DNA of 54,873 nt from an uncultured Eubacteriales bacterium (GTDB lineage Bacteria > Bacillota > Clostridia > Peptostreptococcales > Anaerovoracaceae). Where the stretch lies: NCBI GenBank assembly GCA_902780845.1, contig CACZGZ010000001.1:1-54873 (forward strand), read 5' to 3'. The notes beneath the pieces were generated by a model that was given only the letters and a program-made list of their open reading frames with translations, did not search any database and had not been told where the DNA came from. Positions 43,440-53,046 of the stretch are shown here, in pieces. Positions within the stretch are counted from its first letter, which is position 1; each line of letters starts with the position of its first letter. Both the position numbers and the translations under genes were made by a program.

Positions 43440-43760
43440 TTACGCGTATTACTGCAGTTTTCTAAAAAAGTACGCGTAAAATATGGCACGCCATTACGCG
43501 TACTTTTGCCGATTTCAGGAAAAAGACGCGTAAAATACGACAGACAATTACGCGTACTTTTGCGGATTTCGGGAAAAAGACGCGTAAAATACGACAGACA
43601 GTTACGCGTACTTTTGCGGATTTCGGGAAAAAGACGCGTAAAATACGACAGACAATTACGCGTACTTTTGCGGATTTCGGGAAAAAGACGCGTAATTGTA
43701 GTCAAAACTTTACGCGTATTATTTGCGTTTTCAAGGTTAGTACGCGTAAATCGACAAATC
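43440..43760. repeat. Tandem array of six 54-bp units (four near-identical, two degenerate flanking), each carrying two ACGCGT-centred palindromes
   Basis: Units start at 43440, 43494, 43548, 43602, 43656 and 43710. The consensus is TTACGCGTACTTTTGCGGATTTCGGGAAAAAGACGCGTAAAATACGACAGACAA. ACGCGT cores lie at 43442, 43472, 43496, 43526, 43550, 43580, 43604, 43634, 43658, 43688, 43712 and 43742. Confidence 0.9.
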
Positions 43761-43764
43761 TCAG

Positions 43765-43806
43765 CAAACAAAAACCGAGAAGCGCTGGGCTTCCCGGTCT
43801 GCGGTT
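43765..43806 (-). terminator. Rho-independent terminator of gap
   Basis: Reverse strand has an AACCGCAGACCGGGAAGCCCAGCGCTTCTCGGTT compound hairpin followed by TTTTTGTTTG. Confidence 0.65.
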
Positions 43807-43813
43807 CAAAATA

Positions 43814-44833
43814 TTAAAGGTTTCCGTCAACCTTTGCCATGTGGTGAAGCATGTTGAGGAGGTTGGAGCAGTAACCGAATTCGTTGTCGTAGTAAGCGAT
43901 GAGCTTGAAGAAGTGGTCGTTCAGCTCGATGGTCTGTCTGGCATCGAAGATGGATGTGCAGGGATCACCTACAAAGTCGCCGGATACTACTTCATCGTCT
44001 ACGTACTCGATAACGCCCTTCATGTAAGTCTCGGAAGCTTCCTTGATCTTCTCACGGAGCTGCCAGTGTGAAGTGGGCTTCTCGGTAACGATGTTAACGT
44101 CGATAACGGATACGTCAGCTGTGGGAACTCTGTAGGAGATACCTGTCATCTTTCCCTGAAGGGAAGGAATTACGAGGCCTACTGCCTTAGCTGCTCCCGT
44201 GGTGGAAGGAATAACGTTTCCGAATACGGATCTTCCTGTTCTCCAGTCCTTGAGGGACTTGGCGTCTACTACCTTCTGCTTGGCTGTTGCAGCGTGGATG
44301 GTGGACATGAGTCCTTCCTTGATTCCCCAGTTGTCCTCAACTACCTTCATGAGAGGTGCGAGGCAGTTGGTGGTGCAGGATGCGTTTGAAACTACCTGCA
44401 TGTCAGATGAATATGTCTCCTGGTTTACGCCGTATACGAAAGTGGGAGTTACCTTATCCTTGGCGGGAGCTGAAATGATGACGTGCTTGGCTCCTGCTTC
44501 GATGTGGTCCATAGCCTTGTCTGTGGTTACGTATGCGCCGGTGCAGTCGATAACATAGTCAACGCCTGCAGCCTTCCAGGGAATTTCCTTAGCGTCTGAA
44601 TACTTATATACCTCGATGTGCTTTCCATCGATGAAAACGCCTGTGTCATCGTGGTCCAGGCTCTTCGGGAATCTTCCGAAGATGCTGTCATACTTAAGCA
44701 TGTAAACCAGATAATCCAGGTCTGCGTTTCTCCAGTTAATAGCGCGGATGTCCACGTCCGGGCAATTCATTGCTGCGCGGATGATGACTCTTGCAATTCT
44801 ACCAAATCCATTGATTCCAACTCTGATCGCCAT
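43814..44833 (-). CDS. gap: Type I glyceraldehyde-3-phosphate dehydrogenase
   Basis: Start at ATG 44833 (MAIRVGINGFGRIAR...), 9 nt after AAGGAG. Catalytic motif SNASCTTNCLAP. Confidence 0.93.
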   Translation of the reverse strand: MAIRVGINGFGRIARVIIRAAMNCPDVDIRAINWRNADLDYLVYMLKYDSIFGRFPKSLDHDDTGVFIDGKHIEVYKYSDAKEIPWKAAGVDYVIDCTGAYVTTDKAMDHIEAGAKHVIISAPAKDKVTPTFVYGVNQETYSSDMQVVSNASCTTNCLAPLMKVVEDNWGIKEGLMSTIHAATAKQKVVDAKSLKDWRTGRSVFGNVIPSTTGAAKAVGLVIPSLQGKMTGISYRVPTADVSVIDVNIVTEKPTSHWQLREKIKEASETYMKGVIEYVDDEVVSGDFVGDPCTSIFDARQTIELNDHFFKLIAYYDNEFGYCSNLLNMLHHMAKVDGNL

Positions 44834-45024
44834 TTGATTGATCTCCTTTTCTCTTATGACTTTGATCATTTTTTGATTTCTCTTCTGCGCTTACGCGCAA
44901 ACTCTTACATATATAGTGTACACCAAGCCCCTGCTGTTTTCAAGGGCGATAGCGCTCAGATCGATAATTTTTTCTTTATGTAAAGGTTATGGTCTCTTAA
45001 GAAGAGCCGGAGTCGGAAACAATT

Positions 45025-45051
45025 GAAAACGCTGCCGGCCGGCAGCGTTTC
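45025..45051 (-). terminator. Terminator hairpin of rarA
   Basis: Reverse strand reads GAAACGCTGCCGG-CCGGCAGCGTTTTC, immediately after the stop at 45053. Confidence 0.6.
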
Positions 45052-45052
45052 T

Positions 45053-46378
45053 TCAGTCTTCTCTATGTGCCTTTTTCCAGTCTTTGATCTGTTTCAGGCG
45101 TTCTTTGTACTTGGATTCCAGGCCGTTTTCGGATGGTCTGAAGTATTCCTTTCCCTGAAGGGAATCCGGCAGGCACTGCATGGCGGTGATATGGCCCTCG
45201 TAGTCGTGGGCATATTTGTAGCCCTTGCCGTAGCCGACCTCTTTCATCAGCTTTGTGACTCCGTTTCTGATGTGAAGCGGTACGGGTTCCGCCATCATTT
45301 TCACGGCATCGTTTTTTGCGGTCATGTAAGCCACTTCCATGGCGTTCGACTTAGGTGCCATGGACATGTAGATGACAGCCTCTGCCAGGTGCACGGTGCA
45401 CTCGGGCATTCCGATGAAGTGGCAGGCCTGGTATGCGGCCACACCTATCTCCATGGCTCTGGGATCCGCGAGGCCGATGTCCTCTGCCCCGAATCTCAGG
45501 ACGCGTCTTGCCACGTACAAAGGATCCTCCCCGGCTTCCAGCATCCTGGCGAGCCAGTAGACTGCAGCGTCAGGATCGGAATTCCTCATGGACTTATGAA
45601 GAGCAGAGATCAGGTTATAGTGCTCTTCGCCGTCTTTATCGTATAATAACGATTTCTTGGAGATGCACTGTTCCAGGGTCTCGGGAGTTACTGTAGTCAC
45701 ACCCTTCTTGTCGACATCGCCATTTAAGATGACCATCTCGAGAGTGGAGAGCGCCGTCCTGGCATCGCCATTTGCGAAGTTCGCGATCATGTAAAGCATA
45801 TCCTCATCTATCTTTATCTCCTGGCCTCCGAAACCCCTCTCGTCTGATAAGGCGTGCTTGAGAAGCTTCACAAGGTCGTCTGCGGATAAAGCCTGGAGGA
45901 CGAATACTTTGCACCTGGAAAGAAGAGCTCCGTTGATCTCAAAGGACGGGTTCTCAGTCGTGGCTCCGATCAGGATTATGGATCCCTTTTCAACGAAGGG
46001 CAGGAATGCGTCCTGCTGGGCTTTGTTGAAGCGATGGATCTCATCCACGAAGAGGATAGTCTTCTCACCGAACTTGCGGTTCTCCTCGGCCTGCTGCATC
46101 ACCTGCTTGATCTCCTTGATGCCGGATGTGACGGCGGAAAAGTCGATGAAGGCGGCCTTGGTGCGCTTGGCTATGATCCTTGCCAGGGTGGTCTTGCCCA
46201 CTCCGGGAGGTCCCCAGAATACCATGGATGATACCTGGTCGCTCTCGATCAGCCTGCGGAGGACTTTGCCTTCTCCCAGCAAGTGCTCCTGGCCTACGTA
46301 TTCGTCCAGGTCTCTCGGCCTTAAGCGGGCAGCCAGCGGCTGCGGTATTTCGTTTTCAAATAGATTCAGCTGTTCCAT
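45053..46378 (-). CDS. rarA: Replication-associated recombination protein A (RarA/MgsA AAA+ ATPase)
   Basis: ...PLAARLRPRDLDEYVGQEHLLGEGKVLRRLI..., Walker A GPPGVGKTT, Walker B ILFVDEIHR, and a MgsA C-terminal domain. The start is ambiguous: ATG 46378 (chosen) or TTG 46408, which would overlap the upstream gene by 20 nt. Confidence 0.88.
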   Translation of the reverse strand: MEQLNLFENEIPQPLAARLRPRDLDEYVGQEHLLGEGKVLRRLIESDQVSSMVFWGPPGVGKTTLARIIAKRTKAAFIDFSAVTSGIKEIKQVMQQAEENRKFGEKTILFVDEIHRFNKAQQDAFLPFVEKGSIILIGATTENPSFEINGALLSRCKVFVLQALSADDLVKLLKHALSDERGFGGQEIKIDEDMLYMIANFANGDARTALSTLEMVILNGDVDKKGVTTVTPETLEQCISKKSLLYDKDGEEHYNLISALHKSMRNSDPDAAVYWLARMLEAGEDPLYVARRVLRFGAEDIGLADPRAMEIGVAAYQACHFIGMPECTVHLAEAVIYMSMAPKSNAMEVAYMTAKNDAVKMMAEPVPLHIRNGVTKLMKEVGYGKGYKYAHDYEGHITAMQCLPDSLQGKEYFRPSENGLESKYKERLKQIKDWKKAHRED

Positions 46379-46388
46379 TTTTTGTTCT

Positions 46389-47768
46389 TTATAAAGCGTA
46401 TCCTTCAAGGATCTTTCTCGCTACGAACACTCCGCTTGCGGATGCGTGTGACAGGGAGTGGGTGACTCCGGAGCCGTCTCCGATGACGTAGAGTCCCTTG
46501 CAGGTCGTCTCCAGGTTCTCATCCAGTTCAACGTTCATGTTGTAGAACTTGACCTCGACTCCGTACAGAAGAGTATCGTGGTTGGCAGTTCCGGGAGCGA
46601 TCTTGTCCAGTGCGTATACCATCTCGATGATATCGTCCATGATCCTCTTGGGGATCACCAGTGAAAGGTCTCCGGGAGTAGCGGAGAGAGTGGGTCTCAC
46701 AAAGCTCTCCTTAAGTCTGCTCTCGTTGGTCCTTCTTCCCTTGATGAGGTCTCCGAAGCGCTGAACGATCACGCCGCCGCCCAGCATATTGGAAAGACGG
46801 GCTATGCTTTCGCCGTACTCGTTGGATTCTTTGAAGGGCTCGGTGAAGTGCTTGGTAACCAGAAGCGCGAAGTTGGTGTTCTCCGTGTGGAGAGCGGGAT
46901 CTTCGTAGCTGTGTCCGTTTACCGTGACGATACCGTTGGTATTTTCGTTAACGACTACTCCGTGGGGGTTCATGCAGAAGGTCCTCACGAGGTCGTTATA
47001 GTTCTTTGTTCTGTAGACGATCTTTGACTCGTAGAGTTCGTCGGTAAGATGTGAGAATACTTCATGAGGAAGTTCGACTCTTACTCCGATATCCACACGG
47101 TTTGAATGTGTAACGATATCCAGGTCGTCGCAGACGCTTTCCATCCATTTGGATCCGGAACGGCCTACGGAGATGATGAGCTTGTCGCAGGCAAAGTCGC
47201 CCTTGGTGGTCTCGATCTCATAGCCTGTTTCGGTCTTCCTGACCTTGGTTACCTGAGTGTTGAAGAAGAACTCCACCTTTTCCCTAATCTCGTTATAGAG
47301 GTTCTCAAGAACCACGTAGTTCTTATCGGTTCCCAGGTGTCTCACCTGAGCATCCAGGAGCTTCAGGTCGTGCTCGAAGCATTTCTTCTTGATGCCTGAG
47401 TTGGCGGTGGAGAAGAGCTTCGTGCCTGCTCCGCCGTGGTCCATGTTTATCTCGTCAACGTACTTCATCAGGCGGATGGCCTTCTGATGTCCGATATACT
47501 CGTAGAGATTGCCTCCGAACTCGTTGGTTATGTTGTATTTGCCGTCGGAGAACGCTCCCGCTCCGCCGAAACCGCTCATGATGGAGCAGGTCTTGCAGTG
47601 GATGCAGGACTTGACCTTCTCTCCGTCTATGGGGCAGTGCCTCTTGGAGAGTTCGTTTCCCTGTTCAAAACATGCGATCTTGAGGCTGTGAGATTTTTTT
47701 GCGAATTCGTGAGCCGCAAAAACTCCTCCCGGGCCAGCGCCGACGATTATAACGTCATACTTAGTCAT
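46389..47768 (-). CDS. FAD-dependent oxidoreductase of unknown specificity (COG2509-like)
   Basis: 459 aa. N-terminal dinucleotide fold MTKYDVIIVGAGPGGVFAA, a cysteine cluster CPIDGEKVKSCIHCKTC, and a C-terminal GDGSG motif. Confidence 0.7.
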   Translation of the reverse strand: MTKYDVIIVGAGPGGVFAAHEFAKKSHSLKIACFEQGNELSKRHCPIDGEKVKSCIHCKTCSIMSGFGGAGAFSDGKYNITNEFGGNLYEYIGHQKAIRLMKYVDEINMDHGGAGTKLFSTANSGIKKKCFEHDLKLLDAQVRHLGTDKNYVVLENLYNEIREKVEFFFNTQVTKVRKTETGYEIETTKGDFACDKLIISVGRSGSKWMESVCDDLDIVTHSNRVDIGVRVELPHEVFSHLTDELYESKIVYRTKNYNDLVRTFCMNPHGVVVNENTNGIVTVNGHSYEDPALHTENTNFALLVTKHFTEPFKESNEYGESIARLSNMLGGGVIVQRFGDLIKGRRTNESRLKESFVRPTLSATPGDLSLVIPKRIMDDIIEMVYALDKIAPGTANHDTLLYGVEVKFYNMNVELDENLETTCKGLYVIGDGSGVTHSLSHASASGVFVARKILEGYAL

Positions 47769-47794
47769 TTTTTCTACCTCGGTCTAAAATAATA

Positions 47795-47818
47795 TGAGCC
47801 ATCAGTTCCCTGATGGCT
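47795..47818 (-). terminator. Terminator hairpin after the phosphoribosyltransferase gene
   Basis: GAGCCATCAG-ggaa-CTGATGGCTC followed (minus strand) by ATATTATTTT. Confidence 0.6.
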
Positions 47819-47832
47819 CCGGTTGCTTTCGC

Positions 47833-48387
47833 TTATTTCTTGATGGTTCCATCCGGGTTGAACACCGGCAGTTCCTCCAGATAGGTGATGTCCTCTCTTC
47901 CGAGAGCGTCTCCTTCTGCCAGCACTGCGAAACGTCCTACGATGTTTCCTCCGGCGCGTTCTACCAGGTTCTCCAGGGATCTCAGGGATTCCCCTGTGGA
48001 GATAACGTCATCCACGATGAGGACTCTCTTGTCCTTGATCATATCTATTTCTCTCTGACCGATGCAAAGCATCTGGATGTGATCCGTAGTGATGGAGTCA
48101 ACATCTGTGGTCAGCAGGTTTTCCATGTAAAGCTTGGGGCCTTTGCGGGCGATGACATAGTTGTCAGTGCCTGCCTGACGGGCCATTTCATAGCAGAGAG
48201 GAATTCCCTTAGCCTCTGCAGTCAGAAGAACATCAAACTCAGGCGCCTTCTTCAGAAGTTCTGCAGCGCTTGCCTTGGTGATCTCCACGTCGGAGAACAT
48301 GATGAAAGCTGCGATATAAAGGTCGTCTGTAACTTTGCAAAGGGGAAGCTGTCTCTTAAGTCCAGCAATTGTCATTTCATGATACAT
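47833..48387 (-). CDS. Type I phosphoribosyltransferase (Apt/Xpt-like purine PRT family)
   Basis: 184 aa with a GAGGT RBS 7 nt upstream. PRPP-binding loop RVLIVDDVISTGES. Confidence 0.7.
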   Translation of the reverse strand: MYHEMTIAGLKRQLPLCKVTDDLYIAAFIMFSDVEITKASAAELLKKAPEFDVLLTAEAKGIPLCYEMARQAGTDNYVIARKGPKLYMENLLTTDVDSITTDHIQMLCIGQREIDMIKDKRVLIVDDVISTGESLRSLENLVERAGGNIVGRFAVLAEGDALGREDITYLEELPVFNPDGTIKK

Positions 48388-48475
48388 ATGCTTTACCTCT
48401 CTTTAAATATTCGTATCCAACAGAGTTATTATACATTAAACGTTCTGCAGTTGCAAGTGAAGCCTTGAAAATAGG

Positions 48476-49420
48476 CTATCCATCGGCTTTTTCTTTTCTT
48501 CCGGAGTTCATGAGGACGATGGAGAAAAGCACGATGACCAGTCCGATGGCATTGATGATCCCGATGTTCTCGCTGAACACGAGCAAGCCGATCAGGGTGG
48601 CGATTATGGGTTCAACCGAAGCGATGATGGGAACTCTGGAAAGCTCCACATCATGGGATATGCCGTTCATGTAGAACAGGTAGGAACCCACCGTGGGGAT
48701 GAGTCCGTATCCGAAGCCCAGAAGCCAGAAGTAGGGGCTTGAGACCGCTGCGATCTTCGGTATGGGGTTCGTGAACACGGCAAGTGATATCCAGCCGAAG
48801 AGGAAGTTATAGAACACCAAAGTGAAGGGATCCACCTCATCCGAGGTAAACTTCCCCAGGATCGTTACCATGGCGTAGAAGAAGCCCGCTCCCACTCCGA
48901 GAAGGATGCCTATACCGGACACCTTGAGGACGCTTAAGTCACCGCCCGTGACCATGATGAAGCATCCCAGCAGGTTTATCACAAGCGAAATGCCCTTCCT
49001 GGCGTTTATCTCCTCCTTAAAGAGAAGTCTCGACAGGATGCTGACGAAGATGGGTGCCGTATAAAGAAGGACCGAACCCATGGCTACTCCCACGCTGTTT
49101 ATGCAGCCGCTGTACGACAGATTGAAGAAAGCCTGGGTGACTATACCCATCAAAACACACTGAAGGAGTCCCTTCTTGGAGATCCTGAAGTAGTTCTTTC
49201 CCGTCTTCATGCTCATGACGAGAAGAAGCGGTATCAGAATCAGCCAACCGCAAAAAATCCTCATGAAGGCAGTAAGACCTGTGTCCACTCCTATTTCGCT
49301 GAGTTTCCTCACGAAGAAGCCGATGCTTCCCCAGAGGACTCCCGCGCAGAGTACCATTATGTATCCGGCGGTGGCGTTGTCTTTTTTGTTGTTTAACGTT
49401 TTATCTTTTATGTCTGACAT
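48476..49420 (-). CDS. EamA/DMT-superfamily transporter
   Basis: 314 aa, about 10 TM segments arranged as two EamA-like halves. Confidence 0.75.
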   Translation of the reverse strand: MSDIKDKTLNNKKDNATAGYIMVLCAGVLWGSIGFFVRKLSEIGVDTGLTAFMRIFCGWLILIPLLLVMSMKTGKNYFRISKKGLLQCVLMGIVTQAFFNLSYSGCINSVGVAMGSVLLYTAPIFVSILSRLLFKEEINARKGISLVINLLGCFIMVTGGDLSVLKVSGIGILLGVGAGFFYAMVTILGKFTSDEVDPFTLVFYNFLFGWISLAVFTNPIPKIAAVSSPYFWLLGFGYGLIPTVGSYLFYMNGISHDVELSRVPIIASVEPIIATLIGLLVFSENIGIINAIGLVIVLFSIVLMNSGRKEKADG

Positions 49421-49433
49421 TGATGCTTTTAAA

Positions 49434-49459
49434 AGGCCGGCCCCCCTGGAAGCCGGCCT
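49434..49459 (-). terminator. Terminator/attenuator hairpin after the NCS2 permease gene
   Basis: Reverse strand reads AGGCCGGC-ttccaggggg-GCCGGCCT followed by TTTTAAAAG. Confidence 0.6.
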
Positions 49460-49472
49460 GATGTGTCTTGTA

Positions 49473-50876
49473 TTACATGGTGATCATGCAGAACTTCAGG
49501 ATGAAGAGCAGTGCGATGATGGTTACCATGATGTCTTTTGATTTATATTTTCCTGTGAAAATGGTGATAGCGGTGTAAGTGATGGCACCGATACCGATTC
49601 CGTTAGCGATGGAATATGTAAGGAGCATGGAGATGATGGTCATGAAGCCTACAGCTGAGGAAGCAAGGTCTGTCATGTCGATCTTCTTAACATTTCCGAG
49701 CATGAGAACTCCTACGTAAACGAGAGCAGGAGATGTAGCGCATGCGGGTACTACGGAAGCAAGAGGTGTCAGGAACAGGCAGAGGAAGAAGCATATAGCT
49801 ACTATCACTGATGTGAGACCTGTACGTCCGCCTGCGGATACGCCTGTTGCGGATTCAACGAAAGTGGTGCAGGTGGATGTTCCGAGCATTGCTCCGACAA
49901 CTGTTGCTGTGGAGTCTGCCATCATGCACTTGTCGAGGTTGATGGGGTCGCCGTTCTCGTCCAGCATGTCAGCTTCGGATGCTGTTCCGTAGAGGGTTCC
50001 GATGGTATCGAACATGTCTACCAGACAGAATGCAACTACCAGCATGATGCCGCCCAGCACGCCTCCGACCAGTTCAGGGCTGAATGCTGCATGCCATGAA
50101 CCTGCGGTGAATACTCCGAAGACTCCTACTTCAGCAAAGTCCTTGAAGGACTGTCCTACCTGTGAGTAGTCGAAGCTGGGTACTTCTCTTACGATGATGT
50201 AATAGAAGAAAGCTGTTACGAACATTCCTATGATGACGTTTCCTCTGACTCCGCGCTTTCCGAGGATGACGATGATGAGGAAGCCAACGAATGCCAGGAT
50301 GGCGGGAACTACGTTAAGGAGTTCGCCGTTAGCGATGGCACCGTGGATGTCAACGAGCTGAGTAAGGGTGTACTGATTGTCCTGGATGAAGCCTACGTTC
50401 TGGAATCCGATGTATGCGATGAAGAGACCGATACCTGCGGATACAGAGACCTTGAGTGCGGGAGGCATAGCCTTGGCGATGTACTGTCTTGCGCCTGTGA
50501 ATGACAGGATCAGGAATACGAGACCGGAGATGAATACGATAACGAGTCCGGCGTGATATCCTTCGACGGGGTCTCCTCCGTTCATAAGTTCAGGAAGTAT
50601 GAAGCTTACGAAGAAGAAGGAGTTGAGTCCCATGCCGCATGCCTGTGCAAAAGGCATCTTGGCATAGAGTCCCATGATAAGGGTTCCTATTACTGCTACC
50701 AGGATGGAACCTACGTAAACCGCGTTCCATACCTGACCCAGGCCCTCGCTGAAGCCGGTTACCTGGTTGGGGTTGACGATGATGATGTACGCCATCGCAA
50801 AGAATGTTGTAAGGCCTGCGAAGATCTCGGTCCTTACAGTAGAGCCTCTCTTAGAGATCTCAAAAAACTTGTCCAT
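49473..50876 (-). CDS. NCS2-family (AzgA/PbuG-type) adenine/guanine/hypoxanthine permease
   Basis: 467 aa. The N-terminus MDKFFEISKRGSTVRTEIFAGLTTFFAMAYIIIVNP is the hallmark of AzgA-type purine permeases. Confidence 0.88.
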   Translation of the reverse strand: MDKFFEISKRGSTVRTEIFAGLTTFFAMAYIIIVNPNQVTGFSEGLGQVWNAVYVGSILVAVIGTLIMGLYAKMPFAQACGMGLNSFFFVSFILPELMNGGDPVEGYHAGLVIVFISGLVFLILSFTGARQYIAKAMPPALKVSVSAGIGLFIAYIGFQNVGFIQDNQYTLTQLVDIHGAIANGELLNVVPAILAFVGFLIIVILGKRGVRGNVIIGMFVTAFFYYIIVREVPSFDYSQVGQSFKDFAEVGVFGVFTAGSWHAAFSPELVGGVLGGIMLVVAFCLVDMFDTIGTLYGTASEADMLDENGDPINLDKCMMADSTATVVGAMLGTSTCTTFVESATGVSAGGRTGLTSVIVAICFFLCLFLTPLASVVPACATSPALVYVGVLMLGNVKKIDMTDLASSAVGFMTIISMLLTYSIANGIGIGAITYTAITIFTGKYKSKDIMVTIIALLFILKFCMITM

Positions 50877-50932
50877 TGGTAATAATTCCTTTCTACTTTT
50901 TATTATTCACGCTGTCTTCCGGCAGCTTTTAA

Positions 50933-51919
50933 TTAACGGTCTTCTCTGAAGTAGTTCAGTCCCAGTCCCTGAGGAGGCTGATCCTCTCTCCTCTGCCTCA
51001 TGGATACCATGATGAGCACGATGGCAGTAGCTATATAAGGTACGATCTTATATATCTGCGTGGGCAGGAACGGGATGGGCAGTCTCAGATACAGGATGAG
51101 GAGAGCTCCGAAGAGAGCTGAACCCCAAAGCGCATTCATCGGTCTCCACAGGCAGAAGATTACAAGGGCTACGGCTACCCAGCCTTCACCTGAAAGTCCG
51201 CTGTGGTTCCAGACCGAGCCGGCGATGGTCATGGTGTACACCATGCCGCCTACGGCGCTGATGCCGCCGCCGATGACGGTGGCCAGGTATCTGTACTTCG
51301 TTACGTTGATGCCGGCGGCATCAGCCGTCGCCGGCGACTCTCCCACGGCCGAGAGGAAAAGTCCCTTGCGGGTCTTTTTCATGAACCAGGCCATCACGAG
51401 AGCCATTACTACGCCCAGATATACGAACAGATTGTAGCTGAAAAGTATCTGTCCGATGACCGGGATCTTCTGAAGCGCCTCCGGAAGTATGGGTTCCGCG
51501 AAGGCATCCTTTAAAGCGTTTGAGATGGTGACGTTTCCGCCCACCTTGATCCTCATGAGCTCTCCCACGAACTGGCCTACTCCGGTACCGAAGATGGTAA
51601 GGGCGAGACCCGTTACGTTCTGGTTTGCTCTTAAGGTTATGGTCAGGAAGCTGAAGATCAGGGATCCTATGCAGCCTATACCGAAGGAACAGAGGAGAGC
51701 GATTGCTACGGCCACTGCGCCGGATGCATTGTCCCCTGCTGCGTTTCCGTAGACGAAGGCTCCCATGAGACCGAAGGCTCCTCCCATGAACATGAGACCT
51801 TCAACACCCAGGTTGAGGTTTCCTGATTTTTCTGTAAGTATCTCTCCTGAAGTTCCGAAGAGAAGCGGTGTGCCGTTTATGATGGCGGCTCTGATAAGTC
51901 CTATTATATTGAAGTTCAT
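50933..51919 (-). CDS. ABC importer permease (BMP/nucleoside-type, YufQ/NupQ-like)
   Basis: 328 aa. ...INGTPLLFGTSGEILTEKSGNLNLGVEGLM... is typical of the second permease of BMP-family ABC systems. Confidence 0.85.
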   Translation of the reverse strand: MNFNIIGLIRAAIINGTPLLFGTSGEILTEKSGNLNLGVEGLMFMGGAFGLMGAFVYGNAAGDNASGAVAVAIALLCSFGIGCIGSLIFSFLTITLRANQNVTGLALTIFGTGVGQFVGELMRIKVGGNVTISNALKDAFAEPILPEALQKIPVIGQILFSYNLFVYLGVVMALVMAWFMKKTRKGLFLSAVGESPATADAAGINVTKYRYLATVIGGGISAVGGMVYTMTIAGSVWNHSGLSGEGWVAVALVIFCLWRPMNALWGSALFGALLILYLRLPIPFLPTQIYKIVPYIATAIVLIMVSMRQRREDQPPQGLGLNYFREDR

Positions 51920-53046
51920 TTAGCCGCCTCCTCTCCTGCTGCAGGCGCCGGTTTTACGGGCGCTGCCTCTTCATGATACTCTTCCTTTCCTCTGAATATC
52001 ATCTTGTAGTTGATGAAGAATTCGCATCCCAGCATGCAGAGCAGGATGATACCGGTGATGATATCCGAGATGGATGCGGGAACTCCGAGAGTTGTCTGAA
52101 TGCTGGACGCTCCCTTGGAAAGAACTGCCAGCATTATGGAGATCGCAACCATGGCGAAGGGATTGAGCTGTGCGAGCCATGTGACCGTGATAGCCGTGAA
52201 TCCCACGCCGCCTGCTACGTCTGAGTAGAGGGTCTGGTTGGCGCCGGATGCTACCATGAAGCCTACGAGGCCGGCGATACCGCCTGACAGGCAGGCCGTC
52301 CTGATGGTGACCTTCCTGACGTTCATTCCGGCATATCTTGCTGTGTTCTCGGATTCTCCCAGAACCTTTATCTCATAGCCGTGTTTTGTTTTGGACATGT
52401 AGATGTACATGAACACGGTGAGGATAAGCACTATGATCCAGCCGATGTGCACTCCGAACACCTTCGGAAGCACAGCTGACTGCTCGAACATGGGTATGAT
52501 CTGTGAACCCGGTTTGCCCTCCCAGGGGCCGCCCTGAAGCCAGCCGACGATGCCGATGGCTATGTAGTTCATCATCAGGGTGAACAGGGTCTCGTTGGTT
52601 CCCCAGTTGGCTTTGAAAAGCGCCGGGATCCCTGCCCAGATTGCGCCGAATACGATGGACGCTATACCCATCACTATGAGGAGGATGGGTGAAGGCATCG
52701 ATTTTGCCATATTTATCGCAAAGAACGTCGCCGCCATGGCTCCCATGGTGATCTGTCCTTCAGCACCGATGTTCCAGTACCTCATGGCGAAGCAGGGTGC
52801 GAGAGCAAGGGCAGTTCCGAGAAGCGGCACCGCCGTCTTCACTACCTGTCTGATTCCGGTGACCTTTCCGAGAGATCCGGAAAGGATGGTTCCATAGGCA
52901 GTCAGAGGATTTGCTCCTGCGATCATGAATACCAGTCCGCCGAGGATGATGGCGAAGACCAGAGCTCCGAGCCTGATGAGCCAGATCCTGGACTTGGCCA
53001 TATTCTGCCGTTTGGTAAGACGGATAAGAGGTTCTCTTTCTTTCAT
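51916..53046 (-). CDS. ABC importer permease (BMP/nucleoside-type, YufP/NupP-like)
   Basis: 376 aa, polytopic. It has a 4-nt ATGA overlap with the downstream permease. Confidence 0.85.
   Translation of the reverse strand: MKEREPLIRLTKRQNMAKSRIWLIRLGALVFAIILGGLVFMIAGANPLTAYGTILSGSLGKVTGIRQVVKTAVPLLGTALALAPCFAMRYWNIGAEGQITMGAMAATFFAINMAKSMPSPILLIVMGIASIVFGAIWAGIPALFKANWGTNETLFTLMMNYIAIGIVGWLQGGPWEGKPGSQIIPMFEQSAVLPKVFGVHIGWIIVLILTVFMYIYMSKTKHGYEIKVLGESENTARYAGMNVRKVTIRTACLSGGIAGLVGFMVASGANQTLYSDVAGGVGFTAITVTWLAQLNPFAMVAISIMLAVLSKGASSIQTTLGVPASISDIITGIILLCMLGCEFFINYKMIFRGKEEYHEEAAPVKPAPAAGEEAAK

Noticed and set aside
43440-43760. Possible CRISPR array.
   Set aside because: The segments between the palindromes are identical from unit to unit, so there are no unique spacers. 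The period is 54 bp with two short palindromes rather than one 28-37-bp repeat, and no cas genes are present in the window.
43394-43817. Two long ORFs across the 54-bp array: a 125-aa minus-strand ORF with repeated FTRLFPEIRKSTRNCLSY, and a 131-aa plus-strand ORF with repeated GKRRVKYDRQLRVLLRIS.
   Set aside because: 54 bp equals 18 codons, so any stop-free frame of the unit stays open on both strands. Neither ORF has an RBS, and both strands being open is the signature of a repeat artefact rather than a gene.
44887-44898. GCGCTTACGCGC in the gap leader, which resembles the TTACGCGTA array motif.
   Set aside because: Only a partial match (TTACGCGC). It forms a trivial 4-bp palindrome and cannot be distinguished from chance.
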